From: Alphaproteobacteria bacterium | GTDB lineage: Bacteria; Pseudomonadota; Alphaproteobacteria; Rickettsiales; UBA3002 | Reading direction: 5' to 3' | DNA length: 64,000 nt | Assembly: GCA_035911175.1 (NCBI GenBank) | Contig: JAMHWA010000022.1 | Span: 27,329-91,328, forward strand | In this document: piece by piece, positions 29,201 to 37,389 of the stretch | Numbering within the stretch: position 1 is the first letter of the stretch | Layout of the letters: each line of letters starts with the position of its first letter | Position numbers and translations under genes: made by a program | Notes under the pieces: model-generated | Database searches by the model: none | What the model saw: the letters and a program-made list of their open reading frames with translations, nothing else | What the model was told of the DNA's origin: nothing

Positions 29201-30253
29201 CTACGCAAACATCTTGGCGAATGCGCGCTTGCTGCGGTTTTTCCAGTGGCCACGGTGATACGCGTCCGAGCAAAGTAGCGGCATCACGCTGCCAGCTTCG
29301 GCAAACACCATTTGCTCGAGCGCGGTGTCGACCTTGCCCCAGCTGCACGCTTCCTTCAGGGTGCTGCTGCTGCATGCGCCGTCGCGCACATCGGCAATCG
29401 TCACCTGAATGGCATATTTATGCATCGCTACATCATCATGGCCGAGGATTTCGGCGCAAACAACGGTGTCTTGCGTAAAGTTCTTCGGCACGCCGCCACC
29501 CACCATGAGCAGGCCCGTATCACCCGCTTTGATTTTGATATCCGTCAGTTCACGGAAATCGGCGATGGCATCGAGCATCATGTGCTTTTTGGGGTTATCC
29601 ACTTGGTGCTTCACGAGTCCAAAGCCCGCCGATGAATCGACAAATGCAGGGCAGAAAATTGGCACATCGTGCTCGTAAGCCAGTTGCACGAGGCTGTCTT
29701 TTTTCTTAGCGTTGCCAGCGGCGAGCCATTTACCCATTTCGCGGATGAATTCGCGGCTGCTATAGCCACGTGGCTCGAGGCTGTTGGCGATTTCGAGGAT
29801 CGTGTGGTCGCAGGCTTGAAGTTCCTCTTCATCAATGTACGTGTCGTAGATACGATCAATGTACAAGTCGCGAAGATATTTGTCGTCCTGACCCGAAGCC
29901 GAGCCGTGGTAGTGTTTGAAGCCCAGCGCCTCGAAGAAATCCATGTCCACAATGCTGGCGCCCGTTGCCACAATCGCATCCACCATGTTGTAGCGGATAA
30001 GGTCGGCATAGAGCTTCATGCAGCCACCTGCGCTGGTGGAACCAGCCAAGGTGAGGATGATGGAGCAGTCTTTATCGGCCAGCATTTGGTTGTAGATGCT
30101 GGTGGCGCGCGCAAGGTCGCGGCTGGTGAAGCTCATGTGGCTCATGCCATCGATGATGGGGCGGGCATCGAAGCTGGTGAAGTCGATATGCTCAACGGTT
30201 TTGCCGAGCAGTTCGGCTTTGGCGTTGGTTTTGTTTTTGGTGGCAGCGGTCAT
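29201..30253 (-). CDS. Deoxyhypusine synthase-like protein (probable homospermidine synthase type)
   Basis: 350 aa. DHS-family features SIILTLAGSTSAGG, IVATGASIVDMDFFEALG and GGGVPKNF. Confidence 0.85.
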   Translation of the reverse strand: MTAATKNKTNAKAELLGKTVEHIDFTSFDARPIIDGMSHMSFTSRDLARATSIYNQMLADKDCSIILTLAGSTSAGGCMKLYADLIRYNMVDAIVATGASIVDMDFFEALGFKHYHGSASGQDDKYLRDLYIDRIYDTYIDEEELQACDHTILEIANSLEPRGYSSREFIREMGKWLAAGNAKKKDSLVQLAYEHDVPIFCPAFVDSSAGFGLVKHQVDNPKKHMMLDAIADFRELTDIKIKAGDTGLLMVGGGVPKNFTQDTVVCAEILGHDDVAMHKYAIQVTIADVRDGACSSSTLKEACSWGKVDTALEQMVFAEAGSVMPLLCSDAYHRGHWKNRSKRAFAKMFA

Positions 30254-30356
30254 GGTGGTCTCCGTGATTTTTTATGTTGGGGGGCGTTTAACAAAATAAA
30301 CCGCCGCTGTCACACGAAAATGTGGCAAGCGGCGGTGTTTTTGGGTGGGTGAGGGG

Positions 30357-31544
30357 CTATCCCCGCGCAGCAACGGCCACGCGGCGTTCCACTTGGGTGT
30401 CGTTGTAGAGGCTCATGAGCGGCTCGTCCTTCACGATCACGGGCGCGTTGGCAATGGCAAAACCGTTGAAGCGCGTCGCCATCGTGCGCCCGTAAGCGCC
30501 CAATTGGCCGATTTCTAGGTAGTCGCCTTCCTTCACGTCCGCCGGTAGCATGAAAGGACCCTTCATGAAGTCCATCGTGTCGCAGGTTGGGCCGTAGAAG
30601 CTGAAGCCCTTTTCATCCGCCGAGCCGGTGCGCCCAAGCAGGCGCGCAGGGAAGATGAATTTAGGCACGCCCGCATCGAACAGCGAACCATAGGTGCCAT
30701 CGTTGAGGTAGAGGAAATCGCCTTTACGGGCTTCCACACGCACCAGCACGCTGCCGCTTTCTGCCACCAGCGCGCGGCCAGGTTCGGCCAGCAATTGGCA
30801 ACCATGCTGCTTCACAATGTCGCGCGTTGCATCATGGATGGCGCTGAAATAAAGCGTCATATCGGGCGGGGTCATGCCAGGGTAAATCGATGGGAAGCCG
30901 CCGCCAACATCGAAGCTGTCGATGCGCACGCCGCTGGCTTTCACCACTTGCTTGGCCAGTTTAATGGCAAGCTTGTAGGCATCGGGGTGCATGCACTGGC
31001 TGCCGACATGGAAGCACACGCCTGCATGCGCCGCCACGGCGCGCACGCGGTTGAGAAGGGTGGGCGCTACATCGAGGCTTGCGCCGAATTTATCGGTCAG
31101 CGCCAGTTCGGCATAGGTATTGGGGATAGCAATGCGCACATGCAGTCCCAAATCCTCGGCGTATTTGGTTTCTACCAGAATTTTCGCTAGCTCTTCTTCG
31201 CAATCGAGCGAGAAATGGCGCACGCCATAGGTGTGATAGGCCTCGCGGATTGCGGTGCGCGATTTGATGGTGTGCATGAAATAGATTTCAGCCGTCGGGA
31301 ACAGGCCGCGCACCATTGCCACTTCGTGGAGCGACGCCGCGTCGAATTTGCGCACGCCATTGGCCCAGAGATCCTTGAGCACATGCTCATCTGGGTTGGT
31401 TTTGACCGCATAGAGCACGTCGCCCTTGAATTTGGTCAAGAACGTATCCACGGCGCGTTTGAGCGCATGGGGACGGTATAAAACAACGGCTTGTTCGGGC
31501 TGTAAGTGCTTTACAGCGGAATCGGGCGATGTGTAGCTTCGCAT
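30357..31544 (-). CDS. Ornithine/lysine decarboxylase (alanine-racemase-fold, group IV PLP decarboxylase)
   Basis: PLP-lysine motif LYAVKTNP, FDVGGGFP and a C-terminal GPTCDTMD. Start set at ATG 31544, with GAGGA 8 nt upstream. The track ORF begins at an upstream TTG (31574). Confidence 0.88.
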   Translation of the reverse strand: MRSYTSPDSAVKHLQPEQAVVLYRPHALKRAVDTFLTKFKGDVLYAVKTNPDEHVLKDLWANGVRKFDAASLHEVAMVRGLFPTAEIYFMHTIKSRTAIREAYHTYGVRHFSLDCEEELAKILVETKYAEDLGLHVRIAIPNTYAELALTDKFGASLDVAPTLLNRVRAVAAHAGVCFHVGSQCMHPDAYKLAIKLAKQVVKASGVRIDSFDVGGGFPSIYPGMTPPDMTLYFSAIHDATRDIVKQHGCQLLAEPGRALVAESGSVLVRVEARKGDFLYLNDGTYGSLFDAGVPKFIFPARLLGRTGSADEKGFSFYGPTCDTMDFMKGPFMLPADVKEGDYLEIGQLGAYGRTMATRFNGFAIANAPVIVKDEPLMSLYNDTQVERRVAVAARG

Positions 31545-31875
31545 GTCATAAATCCTCGTTGATACGTTAACCAAAACGCACCAGCAAACCTTGCGACGGA
31601 TTTATGACAGCAGTGCCAAGGTCACCTTGCTGGATCGGTTTTTCTAAACCTACCCCTCTAGGGATCTCTACACGCCATGGGATTTGCGGTAAGGCCAATT
31701 ATACATGCTTTGGCCCATTGTAAAGCAAAAATATTGCAACGGAATGTTACGGTGGGGACAATATGCCAAAAGCTGGGTAAAAACGGCAACAGACGGCCAT
31801 GTGATGCCTGTTACAAAAAAGAAGCCAGTAGCTGAACCCATGCCCTTTCTTAGGGGGCATTTGGCTAGCAAAGAC

Positions 31876-33345
31876 TTAAGCTTTCGCGTTATTCAGCACG
31901 TCCTTACGATCGACACCCATGTTGAACTCGCCCTCGTGCTCGTAGTAATCGGCACTGGTCTCAGCTTTTGGCAACTTCACGGAGTTGTTGTTGCTGATGA
32001 ACGCATGGTAGGGCAGCTTGCGCACATGGCTGAGCAGAATTGCCGCAGCAATGATGAACGTCACTGCTGAGGCAAGGAAGAAGCCGTAGCCATAGTAGTT
32101 ATAGCCCATCTGCAACGAGATAAGGGTGAAGATGGTGTTGGTCGCAAGGTAGATCACAAAAATCCACATATTCGATTTACGGCAATCGAAATAGCTGAGG
32201 ATGATGGTGGCGAACAGGATGAGGACTTGGAAGAAGCTTCCCAGCACCCCAAGGCGGAAAATGCCAAGCTGCACGAAGAACATATGCAGCTTATCGAAGA
32301 TTTGTGGGGCAAGAATGATCAGCAAGAAGGCCAACACACCTTGCAAGACCACCACGCTGCGGGCACCTTCTACAATCGCTTCCATGATTTTGGAGTGGAA
32401 CTGGCGAATGCGACGTAAGCTAGCGTGCGCCAGAATGTTACCATAGAAACGGCGATAATGATGGAAGAAGTTGGTCTCGATGCTGAACACGAACAACGCG
32501 ATGGAGGGCAGAATGCTCATGGCCGCCAAGAACATCGCCGAGTCATAATCTGGGAAGAAGCGCAGCTTCGAGTCTAGTTCAACAGACTCCGGCGCGAACC
32601 ACATGATCCATTTATCGACCCACAGTGCCGCATTGTAGCAGAAGCCACCGACAGCCAGTTCCCAGTATTTTTTCCAGAAAGGCTTGAGCGCGAAGTTGGT
32701 GGTTAGGTGGTAGGGATATTCCGAGAAAATGCGCCCTGCGAGCATGAAGACAATGATGGAAAGGCCAATGCAATAGCCCGCAACCATGCCTGCTGCACCA
32801 TAGGTGCTGAGATATTCCGCCGCGAGCACGGCAATCACCATACCGATGATAAATGTCCATGTGACCGCCGAGAAATCCTTCAGTGCCGTCAGGTAAACCG
32901 AGAGCAGCCAGACTGCCGAAATAAGGAACATGTTGGCAAAGCCAGCAAGGCGAAGCGCGATGGGCATGTTGAAGTAGAAGCCGTAGAAGAACACGGCGAG
33001 CCCCATATTGAACAGGAATACCAGAATCATGCTCTCAAGCATGACGGTAGGTGTGCTCGTCACGTTTTTCACGTGAATCTGGTCGGCCAGATAGCGGGTG
33101 ATGATAAAGTAAACAGGGGCTGAAAGAGCCAGCGAGAAAGAGAAGTTGTAGACGATCACGCCGCGAAAGTTCAGCAACTCTTCGCTGTTCTGGCCGCCAT
33201 ACATGTAGGTGGTGAAAGCAAGCGCCACCACGGTGAACAGCCACGGCCCTGCAATGGCAAAGGCAGAGTGCATATAGGCGCCCACAATGCCCATCAGGTC
33301 ATCGCGCCGCGCCATTTTGTTCAGTTCAAAACCAATACCAGCCAT
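31876..33345 (-). CDS. pelG: Pel polysaccharide export/biosynthesis membrane protein PelG
   Basis: The MAGIGFELNKM N-terminus matches the PelG signature start (MAGIGFELRK in Pseudomonas, as I recall). About 12 TM, last gene of the pel string. Confidence 0.88.
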   Translation of the reverse strand: MAGIGFELNKMARRDDLMGIVGAYMHSAFAIAGPWLFTVVALAFTTYMYGGQNSEELLNFRGVIVYNFSFSLALSAPVYFIITRYLADQIHVKNVTSTPTVMLESMILVFLFNMGLAVFFYGFYFNMPIALRLAGFANMFLISAVWLLSVYLTALKDFSAVTWTFIIGMVIAVLAAEYLSTYGAAGMVAGYCIGLSIIVFMLAGRIFSEYPYHLTTNFALKPFWKKYWELAVGGFCYNAALWVDKWIMWFAPESVELDSKLRFFPDYDSAMFLAAMSILPSIALFVFSIETNFFHHYRRFYGNILAHASLRRIRQFHSKIMEAIVEGARSVVVLQGVLAFLLIILAPQIFDKLHMFFVQLGIFRLGVLGSFFQVLILFATIILSYFDCRKSNMWIFVIYLATNTIFTLISLQMGYNYYGYGFFLASAVTFIIAAAILLSHVRKLPYHAFISNNNSVKLPKAETSADYYEHEGEFNMGVDRKDVLNNAKA

Positions 33346-33375
33346 TACTCACTCCGTTTATCGGGCTAGGCCCTT

Positions 33376-34869
33376 TTATGCTCGTCTCAAATATTCCGCG
33401 TAAAGATTGCGGTATGCTTGTTGTTGGATGCCTTCGTTGTAATATTCCGCAATGCGTGTGCGAATCACGTTCGAAGCGTTCTCGTAAAGTGTTGCGTCCG
33501 AAAGCAGGGTGAAAATCGCATCTGCCGTGGAAGCTGGGCTGGCCAATGGTGTTACAACGCCACCTGCACCAAGCTGCGGAGTTTCACTTGTGGAGCCTTC
33601 AATAATCTCGCGGCACGAACCCACATCTGTCGCCACAATCGGGATGCCCGCCGCGCCAGCCTCAAGGATGACAAGGGGCTGCGCTTCGGAAATGCTGGTC
33701 AGTACCAACACGTCGATAAGCGGCAAATATTCATCGACGCGCGCTTGACCCGTGAAGGTAATCGTATTTTCAAGGCCAAGCATTTGCACAAGGTTCAAGC
33801 ACTCGCCGTAATATTCTTTGTCCTCATCCGTCGGGCCAATGATGTAGGCTTTTAAGTCGGGCGCGGTTTGGCGCAGCAAGCTACACGCGCGGATGAAGGT
33901 TTTAATATCCTTGATAGGCACCACGCGGCCAATCAGGCCAATGGTAGGCGTATCTTGGCGGCGATGCGCCAGCCCAGCAAAACGACGAATATCGACGCCG
34001 TTGGGGATCACTTGCATCTTGCTGACATCGGCGCCGTCCTCAATTTGAGGGGCTTGGTTGCCTTCAAACAGGGTGATGATTCTGTCGCTGGCATCGTAGC
34101 AGACGCGGCTGAAATTATTGATGGAGTCGATCCACATGTCGCGCAGATCACGGCGCGGTTTATCGATGGTCAGCGCCTTGGAAGAGGTGGTCTCAAGCCA
34201 ATCCGCAGAAGCGACCTCAATGCGGCGTTCGTTGGTGTAGATACCGTGTTCGGTAACGAAGACTGGCTTGCCTGTTTCTACCTTCGCACGCGCGGCCATC
34301 AGCCCTGCATAGCCTGTCGACATAGAGTGGTAAATATCGGCCTGAGGAAGCGGAGCAAGCAGCGTGGAGTAAACACCACCTGCAATCGCACGGTACGACC
34401 AGAAATAATCGAGGAACGAATGGTCGAGGAAGGCAGCTTCATACAAATCGACCAATTGTTGCCATGCTTGTTCATGGTCGAGCAAGGCCTCGGTGCCGAG
34501 ATTGGCGCGGCTGCTGCGCAAAATTTCCATGATTTTTTTCAGGTCATCGAGCTGCATCGGCTGGTTGCTGGTCAGCGTGCCCATAGGTTCACGCAGTGCG
34601 CGGTGCAAACGGCCAGCCAAGCCACCATTGATGCTTGCGCCTGCAGGCAAATCATTCAAGCGGATAGTGGTAAGACCAATCACATTGCTTGGCAGTTCAT
34701 ATTTCAAGGTCACATCGCCGTCACGTGGCATGATGGTGCAGACATGAAAGCTCAGGTGGCTTTGCTCTTTGATGAGCCCTTGCGCCCAGCCGGATACGCC
34801 ACCGGTCACGTACGGGTAAGCGCCTTCAAAGATCAGGCATATATCAGCTTTTTGCGTATTAGCTCGCAT
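33376..34869 (-). CDS. pelF: Pel glycosyltransferase PelF (GT4 with DUF3492-type N-domain)
   Basis: DICLIFEGAYPYVTGGVSGWAQGLI N-terminal signature and a GT4 C-half (EAQPLVILEAGAAGIPIVATDVGSCRE). ATG at 34869; an alternative GTG lies at 34878. Confidence 0.88.
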   Translation of the reverse strand: MRANTQKADICLIFEGAYPYVTGGVSGWAQGLIKEQSHLSFHVCTIMPRDGDVTLKYELPSNVIGLTTIRLNDLPAGASINGGLAGRLHRALREPMGTLTSNQPMQLDDLKKIMEILRSSRANLGTEALLDHEQAWQQLVDLYEAAFLDHSFLDYFWSYRAIAGGVYSTLLAPLPQADIYHSMSTGYAGLMAARAKVETGKPVFVTEHGIYTNERRIEVASADWLETTSSKALTIDKPRRDLRDMWIDSINNFSRVCYDASDRIITLFEGNQAPQIEDGADVSKMQVIPNGVDIRRFAGLAHRRQDTPTIGLIGRVVPIKDIKTFIRACSLLRQTAPDLKAYIIGPTDEDKEYYGECLNLVQMLGLENTITFTGQARVDEYLPLIDVLVLTSISEAQPLVILEAGAAGIPIVATDVGSCREIIEGSTSETPQLGAGGVVTPLASPASTADAIFTLLSDATLYENASNVIRTRIAEYYNEGIQQQAYRNLYAEYLRRA

Positions 34870-34904
34870 GGGTTTCACTCTCGATTAGACGTTCTAGCAT
34901 CATG

Positions 34905-36035
34905 TTAGGCCACCTGCATCCAAAGGCCGACCGCCTCGCGCACATCGCGTGGCAAATCCTCTTGCCCGCTGATGCCCCGACCAAATTCTAAAATGGCGCG
35001 GCGAAGTTCGCGGTGTTGGTTAAGGCGGAAGAGGCTTTCAAAATACCACAGCACCATGGTGTTGGTTTTCCAGCCGCGATCGAGTGCGGCGCGGAACCAT
35101 TCGGCTGCATCTGCCCATTGGTGGTTGCGATAAAGCAAGCGACCCACTGCAATCCACGCTTCCGAGGAGTTGGGGTCTTGCTGCAAGTAGGCTTTATAGG
35201 TGTTAATGGCACGGGTGCGGTTGAGTTTTTCTAACTCGGCATCAAGCACGCCTGTGAACGCATAATCATCGTAGAACTTAGCAAGCGCCATGGTGAGGGT
35301 TGGGTCGTTGGGCTGTTCCGCGCGCGCCATCTCGATGCGCTCAAGCTTGGTCGTAAATTCGCGCTCTACCTTGGCGATGGCCGTTGCTGCTTGTACGCGG
35401 ATGGTATTGTTGGAATCCGATAGCGCCGACTTAAAGGCAGGCGCGAAGCGTGGGCTAAAGCGCGAAGACATTTTAGCTAAGGCGCGGCGTTTTTGGTTTT
35501 CCGAACCTAGGCGCATTACGTCGTTAAATGGCATGACACTGTAGTTGCGTGGGTTTTCGTCAAGCCCTTCGGTGATGCTATCGAAGATGGTTTGTGATTC
35601 CGAAGTGATGTCGCTTGGGAAAATGGTTTCATACCACTCTTTGAAATGGTACGAGCGAGCGAGGAACACACTGTTGACGATGAAGCCAAAAAGCGCACCC
35701 ACCGCACCAAAGATGCCTGTGGTTGCCGTAACAATTGCCAGCAGCGCTAAGTGCTGCACATCCATCCCTTTGCGGTATTGTGCGTAAGCAAAAATGCCAA
35801 CGAGCGCAGAAATACCAAGGTGAATGAGCACGGGGATCACCGGCCAAAGGCCAGTACCTAGGAAGAGATAAAGATTAAACGCGTGCAACACAATCAGGAT
35901 GAGCGCGATGAAGATGAACAGACCATTGGTCGCTGTCGCTGGCGACACGCGGTTCTCGTCGTGGATATCCTGAGGTTCAAGGATATCCTCTACATATTGG
36001 TAGTAATCCATCGATGCGGGGCTAGCGGGCTTCAT
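34905..36035 (-). CDS. pelE: PelE-like inner-membrane TPR protein
   Basis: N-terminal TM helices followed by a TPR-like C-half (NTYKAYLQQDPNSSEAWIAVGRLLY). Located between pelD and pelF. ATG at 36035; an alternative GTG lies at 36044. Confidence 0.75.
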   Translation of the reverse strand: MKPASPASMDYYQYVEDILEPQDIHDENRVSPATATNGLFIFIALILIVLHAFNLYLFLGTGLWPVIPVLIHLGISALVGIFAYAQYRKGMDVQHLALLAIVTATTGIFGAVGALFGFIVNSVFLARSYHFKEWYETIFPSDITSESQTIFDSITEGLDENPRNYSVMPFNDVMRLGSENQKRRALAKMSSRFSPRFAPAFKSALSDSNNTIRVQAATAIAKVEREFTTKLERIEMARAEQPNDPTLTMALAKFYDDYAFTGVLDAELEKLNRTRAINTYKAYLQQDPNSSEAWIAVGRLLYRNHQWADAAEWFRAALDRGWKTNTMVLWYFESLFRLNQHRELRRAILEFGRGISGQEDLPRDVREAVGLWMQVA

Positions 36036-37371
36036 GAAGCGCACTCACGATATAGTTAAAGCTAACGCCGCTTTTGCCACGCATGGCGCGTTCCATATCC
36101 TTGGCGATTTTGTCGCGCACGATATTGGCGCCAGCGGCAGCAGTGGCAGGCAGAAGAATCGAATATTCCTCACCGTCGGTTTGGTAATCGAACGCTAAAT
36201 CGACGTTACGCAGTACCGACTTCACCGACTCACCAATTTGGCGAGCAACCGTGATGCGATCCGCATCGTTCATGCTTTTTGCGTCGTTCAATTTAATGAC
36301 GAGCATGCTTAAATCGAAGCCTACGCGCTTGGCCAGTGTGCGCATGTACTCGCTCTGGCGCTTGAAGTAGCTGTAGCTGAGGATATTGCGCTCAGGATTA
36401 ATGATCGCCTCGGCTTTCACGCTTTGATAGTTGCGTGCGTTGACGAGTGCCGTGCCAATCCAGTCGCACACCGCGCGGAAGGTTTCCACCGTGTTCAGCG
36501 ATAGGCTTGTGAAATCCATCTGCTCGATTTTGAGCATACCAATCACACGACCCGATTCGGAGTCAAGAATCGGACCAGCAATGATGCCTTGGTTGTCGAG
36601 CGATACTTCATGCTGCTCGTTAGCAACGACTAGCAAGTCGCGCTGGCCAACCACCGCCTGAAAGAGTGGGCTGTAAGAATCAATTTCTTGGCTGTAGGTG
36701 TCGCCTGCTGCCCAACCATGAATAATCGAGGCATTAAGCTTGTTATCGCTTGCAATGAACATCGAGAATTTTTGTGGCCCAAGCACCGATTTCACCAAGC
36801 GCTCCACGCCTTGCATCACCGATTTAGGATCCAGCGTCTCGACCGATTTAGCCGCGCGGTAAGCGTCGATGGAGGAGAGGAGTTGACCAGAAACCTGAAC
36901 TTCGAGCGATTCCTTGCGGTTTTTAACAAAGCTGTAGGAGGTGGAGATGAGATCTTCGCGTTGGTGTGATTCTTCAACTTCGCGCACCAAGGTGTTGCGC
37001 TCGCGGATGTGGCGCTGGCGCAGCTCGCCTAAAATCCATGCAGCAATAATCCAGAGTACTGGGTTTACAGCAAGGCTGTAGAGCCAATCGTAATAGCTTA
37101 CACCTTCTGCCTGCGCAGGCATATTACCAAGCAGGTAGAACACCGTGGCCAAAATCGCTGCCACCAATGCTTCCCCCGTGCCATATTGTGCGGCAATCAG
37201 CAACACCACAATCCAGAATGGATGGGGGTTCACATCCCAGAAGCGGTTACCCGCACCAAGGAAGATGTCAATCGCGAGGAGCACGATGAGGCCCACCAGC
37301 ATCTCAACGATGGCAGAGAGGCGAATGCCCAATATGCGGGAGTGTTCTTTTGGAAGGCTAGTGGTGTTCAT
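36022..37371 (-). CDS. pelD: PelD-like c-di-GMP receptor (TM + GAF + degenerate GGDEF)
   Basis: Four N-terminal TM helices and a central GAF-like region. The C-terminal GGDEF-like fold has DGEEY in place of GG(D/E)EF, with RNVD (RxxD) upstream. Confidence 0.8.
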   Translation of the reverse strand: MNTTSLPKEHSRILGIRLSAIVEMLVGLIVLLAIDIFLGAGNRFWDVNPHPFWIVVLLIAAQYGTGEALVAAILATVFYLLGNMPAQAEGVSYYDWLYSLAVNPVLWIIAAWILGELRQRHIRERNTLVREVEESHQREDLISTSYSFVKNRKESLEVQVSGQLLSSIDAYRAAKSVETLDPKSVMQGVERLVKSVLGPQKFSMFIASDNKLNASIIHGWAAGDTYSQEIDSYSPLFQAVVGQRDLLVVANEQHEVSLDNQGIIAGPILDSESGRVIGMLKIEQMDFTSLSLNTVETFRAVCDWIGTALVNARNYQSVKAEAIINPERNILSYSYFKRQSEYMRTLAKRVGFDLSMLVIKLNDAKSMNDADRITVARQIGESVKSVLRNVDLAFDYQTDGEEYSILLPATAAAGANIVRDKIAKDMERAMRGKSGVSFNYIVSALHEAR

Positions 37372-37389
37372 GACGTACCTTTTCGCTTA

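Noticed and set aside
31600-31625. Sigma-54 promoter (TGGCAC on the minus strand) upstream of the decarboxylase.
   Set aside because: The TGGCAC is followed by TGCTGTCAT. The obligatory GC of the -12 element (TTGC) is missing at the correct spacing.
31668-32070. ORFs 31668-31871 (-) and 31705-32070 (+) in or next to the pelG-odc gap.
   Set aside because: They are short with no RBS. One overlaps the pelG 3' end antisense. Their composition looks non-coding, so I treat the region as a leader/intergenic segment instead.
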